From: Mobula hypostoma | Lineage: Eukaryota | DNA length: 64,000 nucleotides | Assembly (NCBI RefSeq): GCF_963921235.1 | Contig: NC_086097.1 | Span: 88,538,001 to 88,602,000 of the forward strand | Direction of reading: 5' to 3' | Shown: positions 1 through 12,189 of the stretch, one piece after another | Layout: each line of letters opens with the position of its first letter | Position numbering within the stretch: position 1 is the stretch's first letter | Notes under the pieces: model-generated | What the model was told of the DNA's origin: nothing | Database searches by the model: none | The model's input: the letters and a program-made list of their open reading frames with translations, nothing else | Position numbers and translations under genes: made by a program

Positions 1-29
1 CAGAGCTTCCTGACAAGCTGCATCTCCGT

Positions 30-548
30 CTGGTGTGGGAGCAGCAGGGCATCGGACTAGAAGTCCCTACAAAGGACTGTGAGAATGGCTGGGAGGATCA
101 TGGGTTCTCCCTACCATCCATTGGGCACTTTTATGAGGACCACTGCATACACAGGGCCCTAGGTATTATCAAGGATCCCACCCATCCATCGGGTATGCTT
201 TTCGACTTTCGACTTTTGACTTTCAGGCAGGAGACTCCAGTGCATAAAAACAAGAACGGTCAGAAAGGAAAACAGCACCTTCCCTCAGGCCATTAGGCTT
301 CTGAACTCCCTGCCACAACACATTTGTCACAAATTAATTTCTTCTGTTCCCTACAATATTTAATTTATGTACTTCACTCAGTTTATATAGGTGTAAGTCA
401 TTTGTAGATTTATTTCTTACTTTCATAAGTTATTGTGTGTTATGTTTACTACTGTGCTTTACACCCTGGTCCAGAGAAATGTTGTCTCATTTGATGGTAT
501 ACATGTATATAGTTAAATGACAATAAACTTGGTTTGACTTGACTTGAT
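30..548 (+). mobile_element. Rex1/Babar-type LINE 3' fragment
   Basis: Decayed C-terminus LPSIGHFYEDHCIHRALGIIKDPTHPS...FPQAIRLLN, then 3' UTR ending acaataaact...(gactt)n. Confidence 0.7.
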
Positions 549-689
549 ATGCATAGAAAAGGAAATATTTCCTAGGTGGATGGGGAAGAGTCAGGATTAA
601 TTGCGTGCTTTTCACTGTTACAGTGATCTAAGTTTGTGGGTTCATGGCTGTTACTTGTGGAGTGCGGCAGGGCCATGTATGAAGCACGA

Positions 690-1010
690 CATTGGCACAG
701 CCGGCAGAATTGCTGTCTCACAGCTCCAGTGACCCAGCTTCAATCTTCACCTCCAGTGGAGGTGTCCGTGTGGAGTTTGCTGGTTCACCCTGTGACTGCG
801 TGGATTTCCTTCATGTGCTCTACTTTCCTCCCACATATCGAAGGAATACTGGCGCATGCCCCAAGAATGGAGGTAGATAGGTAGGGGAGTGGTGGAGATG
901 ATTGGAATGGGGGCAGAATAAAAATTGGGGTTATTACAGATGGGTGTTTGCTGGTTAGAATCGAATTGGCGGGCCTAAAGGCCTTGTTTCCGTATTATAT
1001 GACTCTATGT
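690..1010 (+). mobile_element. tRNA-derived V-domain SINE (HE1-like) with CR1-type 3' tail
   Basis: Body gctgtctcacagctccagtgaccc...gtgtggagtttgc...ctgtgactgcgtggatttcc...ttcctcccaca; tail gggcctaaaggccttgtttcc...gactctatg. Confidence 0.65.
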
Positions 1011-1324
1011 GTCTTTGATTCCTTTGGTTCATGCACAGTCCTTCAACCAGAACAGCAGAGTATATGCTGACACACACGCACATGCACTTTTGTACAACAC
1101 TGAAGAAATTCAGTGGGTCAAGCAGCATCTACGGAGAGACATGGACAGTTGTTTCAAGCCGAAATCCTTCATCGGGAATGAAAAGGATGGGGACAGAAAC
1201 CAGAATAAAAGGGTAAGTGGAGGGAGAGGGCATGAGCTGGCGGGTGACAGCTGAATCCATGTGAGAAGAAGAAGGCAGGAAGTTGGAAGGGAGGGGGAGA
1301 AAGGGAATGGTGAGTTGGATAATC

Positions 1325-3478
1325 AATGTCAGGGTCTGTTAAAAAAGAGAGCTAGCTTTCAATCAAGACAATGATTTTAAAAGCAGAGCTTCTCTGCAGT
1401 TTCTCTGAATTGAGGAGCGACCTATCAGCAAGAAGCAGTGCGTAAAAAGAGCTATCTTTCAGTCAGGTCTGTGTTCAGGGTTTAAAAAGCAAAACTTTGC
1501 AGCAATCTTCTCTGAGTTGGACGATCAGCGTCAGGGGTACATAAAAAGAGCTAGTATTCAATCAGGGTGGCGATTGAGATGTTAAAGGTAGAGCTTTGTG
1601 GCAGTTTTCTGAGTTGGGCAGTGACCAATCAACAGGAGGGATTCTTTAGAAAGGACCAATAAAAATAGAGCAGGTAGAAGCAGAGCGGCCATTGTTTTGA
1701 GTGTGTCAGTGTTTAGAGTGGCTTTAGCTCATCAAGCTTGGGTGAGGTAAAATATCTTGTAAGTTACTCTCTTTCTGTTCTTATTTGTTAATTCCTCATA
1801 CTTTAGGGCAGAGTAGTGCAGTGAGAATGGCTCCAGGGACAGCGTTTTGTACTGCACGTAGGATGTAGGAAATATGCACCAGGTGCACGGAGCTGCAGCT
1901 CCTGAGAGAATGTATTAAGGAACTGGAACTGCAGTTCGATAAACTTCAACTCAAATGGAAGAATGAGGAGGTGATAGGCAGGAGCTATAGTGAAGTAGTC
2001 ACCCCTAGACTGTAGGAGAAAAAAGACTGGGTGACTGTCAGGAGGAGACGGCAAAGCGCACAGCCAGTGCAGAGAACACATGTGGCCACTCCTCTCAATA
2101 ATAAGTATAGAAAGTTAAGTACTATTGACAGGGCTGACTTACCATGGGGGTGGGGGGGGGGTGCGGGAGGGGACCACAGCGACCAGGTCTCTGGCACTGA
2201 GTCTGGTGCTATGGCTCAGAAAAGTAGAGAGGTGAAGAGGACGGCAGTGTTGATAGGAGATTCCCTAGTCAGAGGAACAGAGTTGAGGTTCTGTAGGTGC
2301 GATAGAGACATCATGATGGTATGTTGTCTTCCTGGAGCCAGGATCAGGAATGTCTCAGATTGGATCCATGGCATTCTCAAAGGCGAAGGTGAGCAGACAG
2401 AAGTCTTGGTACAAATTGGCACCAATGAAATAAGTAGATAATGTAAGCAAGTCCTGAAGAGAGATTTTAGGGAGCTAGGTAAAAAGCTGAAAAACAGGAC
2501 CTCCAGGGTGGTGATCTCTGGATTAACGGCTGTGCAATGTGCCTGTGAGGGTAAGAATAGGATGATTTGGCAGGTTAGTGAGTGGCTGAGGAACTGGTGC
2601 AGGGGGCAGGGGTTCAGATTTATGGTTCACTGGGATCTCTTCTGGGGAATGTACGACCTGTACAAAAGAGATGTGTTATACCTGAACCAGACAGGGCCAA
2701 AATCCTTGTGAGCAGGTTGGCGAGAGTTGTTTGGGAAGGTTTAAACTAATTTGGCAGAGGTAGAGTGCTGAAGATGAGGTAGTTGGTTTACAAAGAGAGG
2801 CAACGTGTAGTCAGGAAAGGCTGTTGATAGGGCAAAATTCCAGTCAGCAGGATGAGTTGCAAGGTAAAAGGCAAACAAAATGGAGAAGTGTGAATACAGG
2901 ACTGAAGGTGTTATATTTGAATACATGCAGAATGCAGAATAAAGTAAGTGAACTTGTAGCACTTTTACAGATTGGTATGTATGATGTTCTATGTTGCAGG
3001 CATCACAAAAATGATTCCAGGATTGAATGGCTTATATCAACAGCGTTTGATGGCTCTGGGCCTCTTTCAGCTATAATTCAGAAGAATACAAGAATGAGAG
3101 ATGATTTCATTGAAACCTATTGAATGGTGAAAAGCTGTGTGTGGAGAGGCTGTTTCCTATGATAGGAGAGTCTAAGACCCAGAGGATACCGCCTCGGAAT
3201 AGATGTGTGTCCTCTTATAATAGAGATGAGGAGGGATTTCTTTAGCCAGAGAGTGGTGAATCTGTGGAATTCTTTGCCACAGGCAGCTGTGGAGGCCAGG
3301 TCTTTATGTCTATTTCAGGCAGAGGTTGATAGATTCTTGATTGGTCAAGGCATGGAGAGCTGCCAAGGGGAGGCAGTAGATTGGGCCCAAGAGGAAAATT
3401 GGATCAGCCATGATAAAATGGTGGAACAGACGCAATGGGCCTGATAACCTAATTCTGCTCCTACATCTTAAGGTCTTG
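1325..3478 (+). mobile_element. Internally deleted CR1 LINE: repeated 5' UTR, decayed ORF1 (zinc finger/leucine zipper plus SGNH esterase), start of ORF2 endonuclease joined directly to RT C-terminus and 3' tail
   Basis: ORF1 ATG at 1827; motifs VLIGDSLVRG, CCLPGAR, IGTNEI, ending EGLN* at 2749; LKVLYLN..MQNKVSEL (ORF 2824); then TKMIPG and RRDFFSQRVVNLWNSLPQ. Confidence 0.85.
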
Positions 3479-3479
3479 T

Positions 3480-4012
3480 AATGTGAGAAGCTGGGAGGTG
3501 ATAGGAGGGGAAATCAAAGAGTGAAAAAGGAAAGATCCAATAGCCGAGGGCAGGAGACCATGAAATAGATGGAAAGAGGTGGATATCTGGAAGGAGGAAA
3601 TTGAAAGTGATGGGCAGGTCATGAGGTCAGGAGAAGGGAAAGTCAAGGGCTAATGAAGCCACAGGGTTAAGGGAAAACAAAGTGGTGTGGAGGTAGGGAA
3701 AACCAGATGCAAGTGGTTACCCAAAGTTGGAGTAATTGAAGTTCATATGTCAGATTGGAAACTACAGAAATGGAGTATGAGGTGTTGCTCCTCATGTCTG
3801 CACCTGGCTTCCACATGTCAGTGAAAGAGGCTATAGACAGAACATGTCAAAGAGGAATTAAAATTGTTGGCCACCGTGAGGTCCTGGCTGCTACAGCGGG
3901 TGGAGTGAGGCTGCTCAGTGCAGCAATCCCCCGGTCTGTCGAGTCTCACCGGAAACATCAGATACAATAGGTGACCCTGAAGAATTTGCATGGGACCACA
4001 GATAATGGGCAA
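3480..4012 (-). mobile_element. Penelope-like element 3' fragment
   Basis: Minus strand EEQHLIL..S.Q resembles the GIY-YIG C-terminus; purine-rich 3' region shared with copies at 25.3 and 37.1 kb. Confidence 0.55.
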
Positions 4013-4547
4013 AGTGATCCATGTTCAATTTCCCACCGTTTTATGTAGAATGTGCCTTGAGCTTCTTTGTAAAATAGGCTCAGAAACCAGCATCAAGAAG
4101 TCCTTAATTGACCCACTTCTGCCACTGTATTCTCCGTATCAGTAACTGATGTTGACAGCCTGATCAAAGAGGTAGATGTTAGAGGAGAGAGCCTGAGGGA
4201 ACCTGGTAAGTTCAGGGAGATCATTTCAAAGTTTCGTGCCGGTACAGCAACAATAAGTAAGTAATTGTAAGTGTCTCAAATGCAGAAATTTCTCATAGTT
4301 CTAAGCAATTACTGAGAAAAGGAAGATGGGGAGTGAAAAGAATTTGAAAGCCAACATGAATGTTTTAAAAAATATATAATGTTAACATTAGCCAATGTAG
4401 ACCAGAGGTGATCGTTGAAGGGGACCTGATGCAAGTTAAGATTTTTCAGCTGATTGCTGGATAAATTTACGTTTATGCAGGTGGGATATTAGCCAGAAGT
4501 GCATTCTAATTATTATATCTGTATCATACAAAATCTGGGTTATAAAT

Positions 4548-6185
4548 AACTGCAGCACCATTGGTGAGGACCACCAAAGTATGGTCAAGGGAGATGGAAG
4601 AATGCTTACAGGACTGCTTTGAATCAGTGGACAAAACGATACTCAGGGATACATCTTCAAATCTGAATGAATTTTCCACAGTTGTCACTGACTTCATCGT
4701 CACCTGTGTGAATAACTGTGTGCCTTCGAGGACCTACCAGCCGTGCCTATATCAGAAGCCATGGAGATTTACAGTCTACTGAGGGCTAGATCTGTGGTAT
4801 TCAAGACCAGTGATCTAGAATTATACAAGAAATCTAGATACGACCTGCAGAAGGCTTTCTTATGAGCGAAAAAACAATTCCAATGGAAGTTAGGGATGGA
4901 ATCAGATGTACATCAGCTCTGGCAGGGGTTCCTACAAGGCAAAACCTGACATCATGAATAGCTGTGAAGATTCACTCTCAGATGAATTCACATGTTTTTT
5001 TTATGAGCACTTTGTAAGGGAGAATAAAACTGCACCTGTGCAAATCCCTAAAGCATCTGGTGACCCTGTGATCTCTGTCTCGGAGGCCAACGTCAGAACA
5101 TCTTCAAGTGGGTGAACCCTTGCAACGTGTCAGGTCCCGATGGTGTATCAGGTAGGACACTAAAAGAACCTGTGCCAACCAACTGGTGGGAGTGTTCAAG
5201 AACATCTTCAATCTCTCACTGCTGTGGTCAGAGGTTCCCACCTGCTGCAAAAGGGTGTCAATTATACCAGTGCCCAAGAAGAGGAGGGTGAGGTGCCTCA
5301 GTACTATCAGCCAGCTGCACTCACATCGACTTGATGAAGTGGGTTGAGATTTTGGTGATGGCCAGTATCAATTCCTGCCTAATTGAGGACCTGAACCACC
5401 TGTAATTTGCCTATCGCCACTATAGGTCTAAAGCAGATGTAGTCTCACTGGCTCTTCAGTCAGCCCTGGACCATCTCGACAAGAGCAATATGTATATCAG
5501 GTTGCTGTTTATTGATTACAGTTCGGTGTTCAACACTGTCATACCCTCAGTACAAATCAAAAAGCTTCAAAATCTGGGCCTCTGTACCTCTCTCTGCAAC
5601 TGGATCCTTGACTTCCTCAACAGGAGACCGTGGTCAGTGCAAATAGGAAATAATATCTCCTTTTTGCTGATAGTCAGCATTTGCGCACCTCAAGGATGCA
5701 TGCTTAACCTACTGCTCTACTCTGTCTATACCCATGGCCGTGAGGCTAGACACAGCTCAAATGACATATAAATTAGCCCATGACACAACTATCATTGGGA
5801 GAATCTCAGATGGTGACAAGGAGGTGAGATAGATCAGCTGGTTGAGTGGTGTCACGACAGCAACCTTGCACTCAGTGTCAGTAAGACCAAGGAATTGATT
5901 ATGGACTTCAGGAAAGGGAAATCAAGGGAACACTCACCAATCCTCATTGAGGGATCAGTAATGGAAAGGGTGAGCACTTCCAAGTTCCTGGGTGTCAGTA
6001 TCTCTGAAGATCTATCCTGAGACCAACATACTGATGCAATTCCAAAGCTGACAAGGCAGTGGCTATATTTCATCTGGAGTTTAATGAGATTTGCTATGTC
6101 ACCAAGGACCAGCAATTTCTGTACATGTACAGAGAACAGCATTCCTATTTTATTCCATCGCTGTCTGGCATGGGGGTGTTTCTGC
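4548..6185 (+). mobile_element. Rex1/Babar LINE, decayed reverse transcriptase region
   Basis: VRTTKVWSREMEECLQDCFESVD; YIRLLFIDYSSVFNTVIP..LQNLGLCTSLCNWILDFL; APQGCML; KTKELIMDFRK; multiple stops and frameshifts. Confidence 0.9.
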
Positions 6186-6289
6186 ATGGGATGAGAGTTT
6201 CTGCATCAGGTTTATGGAGAAGCAGTGGTATCGGACTACTGTTACAATGTTATGGTACAATGTTACACTGCTACAGTAGACAACCAGTA

Positions 6290-6590
6290 TTTTTTTCCTT
6301 AGGGTTGAAATGTACAGTATTTAAGGTGAGAGGTAGAAAACACAACAGAGGTGTATGAGGCAAGCTTTTTATGCAGAGACTGATGGAGATCTGGAATACT
6401 CTGCCAGGAATTGTAACAGAAGCAGATAGTACTAGAGTGTTTAAGAAAGAGGTTCTTGGTTATGCACATGAATATGCAGAGAAGGGAGCGGTATGGTCAA
6501 TGTGGGATTAGGTGAATTAAGTGTAATTGGTTTAATTAGTTTGGCAAGCTTCATGCGCTAAAGGGTATGTCTTGTTCTGTGTTCTAAGTT
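6290..6590 (+). mobile_element. Old CR1-type LINE 3' end
   Basis: tttaaggtgagaggtag...ttttatgcagagactg...tggaatactctgccagga (F.QR...WN.LP motif) plus tail. Confidence 0.5.
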
Positions 6591-6761
6591 GAGTTAGGTC
6601 TCAGTGATGAAGAGGATATGTAGTTGTGAGCTCACTGAGGAGGCAAAATGACATCAAGGTAGGGCACAGACTAATTCAGCCGTCATTGTTTGTCAGGAGG
6701 AGTGATGGTGGTGGGACAATGAAATTTGCTTTGAGGGCCAAGGATAGTGGTGTTGGATTCT

Positions 6762-6890
6762 GAACTCTTGCAATCTCTTACTAGCTCTTCTTTCAGTTAG
6801 TCCTGATGAAGGGTCTCGGCCCGAAACATCGACTTCCTAGAGATGCTGCCTGGCCTGCTGCATTCACCAGCAACTTTTATGTGTGTTGTT
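6762..6890 (+). mobile_element. Penelope-like terminal repeat (pLTR) fragment
   Basis: ctagctcttctttcagttagtcctgatgaagggtctcggcccgaaac...agatgctgcctggcctgctg...gtgtgttg; same module follows a GIY-YIG C-terminus at 37.1 kb. Confidence 0.75.
6799..6834 (+). ncRNA. Minimal type I hammerhead ribozyme motif
   Basis: Stem I AGUC/GACU, core CUGAUGA (6803-6809), stem II GGGU-cucg-GCCC, GAAA (6823-6826), NUH triplet AUC (6828-6830); helix III essentially absent. Confidence 0.7.
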
Positions 6891-8334
6891 TGGAGTCTGA
6901 AGTTTTTTTTTTCACCCCAAGGCTCTTTGGAAGTCAAAAATGAGGGCTAAAACTTGTTGCTTACTTGTGATTGTTTTTAAGTGTTACAAGGGGAAAGGAA
7001 GATAACGGTGAGCAAAAGACAAAGGGCCTAGTGGTGAGGAAAGGACAAAGGAGACAGAGTGAGACTCAACGTGGCCTGGTCCTCTAATACCACATTGCTG
7101 ATAACACATATAAAACATTAAAATTCCATTGCTTAAATTAACATTAAGATAGCCCCTATTCAAGTAATGCAATAGCTGCCACTGAAACTGAGAAGTTTCC
7201 AGAAATACACAACAAACTATATATAGGTAACGATCCAAACATACAAACAAGCATTAGACAGTTAAACCACAATAATACAGTTCAGTCCAACAGTGGCTTT
7301 AGATTTCCAGTCTTTCGATAGAGGAATTTTCTGTCAATCTAGTATTGGACATCTGCTCAGCAGTATGACAAACCAACTGAAAGGACGAATGGAGAAAGGT
7401 GTTTATGTGGAGTTATGTGGAATCCTATTTTCTGTTTTTGGACAATGGCGCTAAAATGGAGCCCATAGCTGAAATTTTTCAGGAGCCCAAAGATAAAATC
7501 TTTTGGAGAACACCAGATACAGGGGTGCAGTCATGAGAACAAAAGACTTTGAAAGCGGTGCTCTAATCATGATAAGACTGATTAGAACTGATCAGCTAAT
7601 GATAGTGCTTCTCAGCTCAGTAATGTGCAGAGGCTTTGGAGGAACCTGCTTGCTCAAGTGGGTCAGATGGCTACTTCTGGATGTATAGGTCATGAACGAT
7701 GGCTCCTACATAGGATATCATTTATGACTATTGTGACAGACTTCAATTACAATGCTTTTAGTGAATTTACTCCGAAGCCAACAAAAATTACTGAAAAATA
7801 GTCCCCAAAACTGCAGGCAGCACACTGAGTATGGCCCAACCACAGATTTGTATAGCTGCAACAGAATATTGCACTTTCATATTTCTAGCATCTGCAGTAT
7901 TTCTCCCAAAGTTAGTTTTCTTTCATTTGCTGACATGCTTTTGTATAATTTCACCTTCTCTGTCCTATGCTGTAATTTTTCAGCCTGTTATGTGAAACAG
8001 GAGCAATTATAATGTTCTCTCATGCATGAAGCATGTCGGTACTGTAATGGAAAATATCTTGCATTTGCTTTCCAGACAGTTAATAGGATAACCCAATCAG
8101 CAGCCCATCATACACTTGTTAAACCAGCAGAAATACAAAGGGAAACAAAAGACTAATCCAATCCTAGTTAACAATTATTTATCTCCATTTGAGCAGACTA
8201 GTTCAAAAGTGCTTGTAATCAGTAAGGTTACAATAAACCTACTTTAATAGCTCTTACCAGATTAGAGCGTAAACAATCATACAGGATATTGCCTATGGAA
8301 CTGCGTGCTGTAAATGAATATGAGTAATAAGTCA

Positions 8335-9325
8335 TGGAAAGATATGTACAGAGCAGACCCTTTAGCAAACGAAGTCCATGCTGGTCACTGGTCTCCCAAT
8401 CCTACCTTATTCACAATTTTTATTCTCCCACATTCTCATCATCCAACCGCAGATTCTACCTCTCATCTACAAATGAAGGGAAATTTACGGTGGACAACTA
8501 ACTTACCAAATCGCACATTTTTTTTTGAGATGATGTGTTGAGTCGGTGGTGAAGAAGGCGAATGCAATGTTGGCATTCATTTCTAGAGTTATAGAATATA
8601 AGAGCAGGGATGTGAGGTCGAGGCTCTATAAGGCACTCGTGAGACCACACTTGGAGTATCATGTGCAGTTTTGGGCTCCTTATTTTAGAAAGAATATACT
8701 GACCTTGGGAAGATTCACGAGAATGATTCTAGGAATGAAAGGGTTACTGTATGAGGAACGTCTGGCAGCTTTTGGGCTGTATTCCCTGGAATTCAGGAGA
8801 ATGAGGGGGGATCTCATAGAAACATTCCGAATGTAAAAAAACCTGAACAGATTAGATATGGCAAAGTTATTTCCCATGGTAGGGGAGTCTAGGACAAGAG
8901 GGCACAACTTCAGGATTGAAGGATGTCCATTTAGAACAGAAATGCAGAGAAATTACTTTAGTCAGAGGATGGTAGATCTGTGGAATTTGTTGCCACAAGT
9001 GGCTGTAGAGGCCAAGTCATTGGGTGCATTTAAGGTTGTTGATTAGCCAGGGTTTTAAAGGGTATGGGGAGAAGGCAGGGGAGTGGAGATGACTGGAAGA
9101 ATTGGATCAGCCCATGATTGAATTGTGGAGCAGACTCAATGGGCCAAATGGCCTACTTCTGCTCCTATATCTTACGGTCTTATGGAAACCAGAGCGTCCA
9201 GAGGAAACACATGTGGTATTGGGTAAGTATGCAAAATCTGCTCGGATAGTGTGGCTAGCCAAGATTGAACCTAGGTGTCCAGTGCTGTGTGGTAGTGACT
9301 CTACTAGCTGCAACGCTGTTTTGCC
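8335..9325 (-). mobile_element. HE1-like SINE split by a CR1 insertion (8525-9185)
   Basis: SINE halves 8335-8520 and 9185-9325 (ggaaaccagagcgtccagaggaaacacatg...attgaacctagg) flank the CR1 piece. Confidence 0.55.
8525..9185 (+). mobile_element. CR1 LINE 3' fragment (RT C-terminus plus tail)
   Basis: VKKANAMLAFISRVIEYKSRDV..LYKALVRPHLEY.VQFWAP; RRMRGDLIE; SRTRGHN; FSQRMVDLWN; tail ggcctacttctgctcctatatctta. Confidence 0.9.
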
Positions 9326-9524
9326 CCTTATAACCGTTATTGTTATTGCAGAGGCTAGAATTCATACTTCACTTTAAAAATTGACAGATAAGGCTTTATT
9401 TCCTTGGCACAAATGTCAAAATATTGCAGACCCTGTCTTGGGTGCAAACTACAAGGGCCCTTTCCTATTGGCAAACTTCAGTGTGCAGAACATGGAATAC
9501 AAACAGTACTCAACAGGATATGTA

Positions 9525-10375
9525 CGTCCCAAAGAGAAAGGAGTATTCCAAAGGCAGCATGACACAACCGTGGCTGATAGAAGAAGTCAAAGCCACCGTA
9601 AAAGGCAAAGAGAAGTCATGTAAATACAGGGCAAAAAATAGTGTGAAGTTAGAGGAATGGGACAATTTTTAAAAACGAACCAAAACAACTAAAATAAACT
9701 AAACTAAAATAAGTCATAAGGAAGGAAAAGATGGTATACAAAGGTAAGTTAGCCAGTGATATTAATGAGGATACCAAAAGTTTCTTCAGATATATGAAGT
9801 GTAAAAGAGGCAAGTGTAGATAGCAGATGACTGGAAAATGATGCTGGAGAGGTAATAATGGGGGACAAGGAAATGGCAGATGAACTGAATAAGTATTTTG
9901 CATCAGTCTTCACCATTATTTGCTTACTTTTATTGTTAGCATTTTTTTTCTCTCTGCACATTGTGTGTGTGACGGTCTTCTTTTGTTTTAATAGGTTCTA
10001 TTGTGTTTCTTTGTTTTTGTGGCTGCCTGTAAGGAGATGAATCTCAAGGTTGTATGAAGTATATATATTTTGATAATATATGTACTTTGAACTTTCAACT
10101 TTGGTTTAGAACAGAGATGAGCGGAAATTTCTTTAGCCGGAGAGTGGTGAATCTGTGGAATTTGTTGCCACAGGCGGCTGTAGAGGCGAAGCCATTGGAT
10201 ATATTAAAGGCAGAGGTTGATAGATTCTTGCTTAGTCAGGGCGTGAAGTGACGGGATATGGGAGAAGGTAGGAGACTGGGGCTGTGAGGTAAATAGATCA
10301 GCCATGATGAAATGGCGGAGCAGACTCGATGGACCAAATGACCTAATTCTGCTCCTATATCTTTTGGTCTTAAGG
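9525..10375 (+). mobile_element. CR1 ORF2 internal fragment and CR1 3' end, separated by a Rex1-type 3' UTR piece (9916-10100)
   Basis: MTQPWLIEEVKA; MGDKEMADELNKYFASVFT; then FRTEMSGNFFSRRVVNLWNLLPQ and CR1 tail. Confidence 0.75.
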
Positions 10376-12189
10376 TCTTCTGTACTCACTGAGCAGGACT
10401 TTGACCACGTACTTGATTTTGTGCTAAAACAATCACTGATAACAATAGAAGCATGACAGGTTTCAAAGCTCTGTTTGGCAGGGTGGATTACTACGTGTCT
10501 GTTGACTACTGCCATCCAGAGTTCCAAGGTGCCCCTTCCATTTCCCACCTGCCAACTGACGGCAAGTCTGCTTCAAAGAATTCCCACTACATGAAGTACT
10601 GGCTCATGTTGAGGTGCTCCTTTTCAAGCTCTTGTGATGCTGATGGATTGTGCGTTGAAATCCTTGGTTCAGACCTGATATTAGGTGGAGGTTTTGAGCA
10701 TAGTTGTGACAGTGAATGAGCTACACAGAGGCTGGACTTGTAGATGCAAAGGCACGACAAGCAGGCTTTCTCAGAGAAACTCATTGATCTCTGAAGTCCA
10801 GGAAGTCTTACTCTCTTTAAACTCAAAGATAGCTGCAGGTCAGTAAATAAATCTGTATGTAATTTCAGTTGTCACAATTACAGTTTACTTCAACATTCAT
10901 GGTGTAGATATAAATCTCTGTAGATTCATCTATTTACAGTAAGAGTATATTTCAACTGTCAAGAATATCTTTGTTGGAAACCCAGATATCCCAAACGGCA
11001 TTCTTTCACTACTGAATTGAGATATGATTCTGTTGGATTTCTGTGTTCTGCTGTGAATGTCTGAAAAAAAAATCAATCGCAGGATAGTAAATGGTGACAT
11101 AAACAAACTTTGATATAAATTTACTTGGATATTTGAACTTTGCATTACAATCCCATGGCTCCTACCATCCTTCCTCTACAATGCGATTTTGACAGATTTT
11201 CCAATGTGTAAGGCTACATAGAAAATATTTTGTCTATCACAGTTTCTGAAGGGATCATCAGCGTTAAACATACAATTCATTTCTGAGATTGCAGAGTGGG
11301 ATCCAATGGGTGTAAGACAGATATTACTGTAAAACGGTGTTTGAAACATAATTTGGTGCATCATTGAAGTGGAACTTAGAAATCTTACATGTTACAGAGT
11401 TTGAATTAATTTAATTGCTAGTTTTCACTTATAAGGAAATTATATTAGTATACATGATAGAACAGAATTCAGATTAATGAAAGATGAATTACTTTCTGTC
11501 TCCCCCGGATGGTCAATATCACTGTGGCAAGATTTGATTTCTGCCTCTGCTGTTTTGTTTTTCTGCAGAAGTTGTTTAATGAAGCAGTATTCTCAGAATA
11601 CTCTGAGGTTCATGTTGCATGCGTTCCTGGATTGCAGTTACTCTTTTTTTGCTGTTTTTGAGCGGTTTGATTGGGCCGTTCAATACAGACTGGCGAACTT
11701 CGGTGGAGAATGACTGTGTGGCCTGCATTGACTCGCATTGACTTGCGGAACTGAATACTACTGGTTTGGTGTTTGATATTCTATGTGTTGTTCCCTTATT
11801 TTAGATTAGATTAGATTATGAAGACGCTCAGTCCTCATTTATTGTCATTTAGAAATGTATGCATTAAAAAATGATACAAAGTTCCTCCAGAATGATATCA
11901 CAGGAAAACACAGGATAAACCAAGACTAAAACTGACAAAACCACATAATTATAACATATAGTTACAACAGTGCAAATTTAGTGCATATTTCTTGTGGCTT
12001 GTGCAGTTTGATCTTTGTATTCATTGTAGGGTATTTGATGTTTCCTTGAACGGGTTCCATGGTGTTTCTTTGTTTCATGGATGCCTGGCAGAATATGAAT
12101 CTCAGAGTTGTATTCTGTATACATACTTGGATAATAAATGCACTCTGACTTTTGAATCTTTGATTGTACTGCTGTTTATTGGAACCGAA

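Noticed and set aside
1325..1640. CRISPR-like array or prokaryotic defence system
   Set aside because: Units are diverged tandem monomers without unique spacers; context is a vertebrate intron and no cas-like ORFs are present
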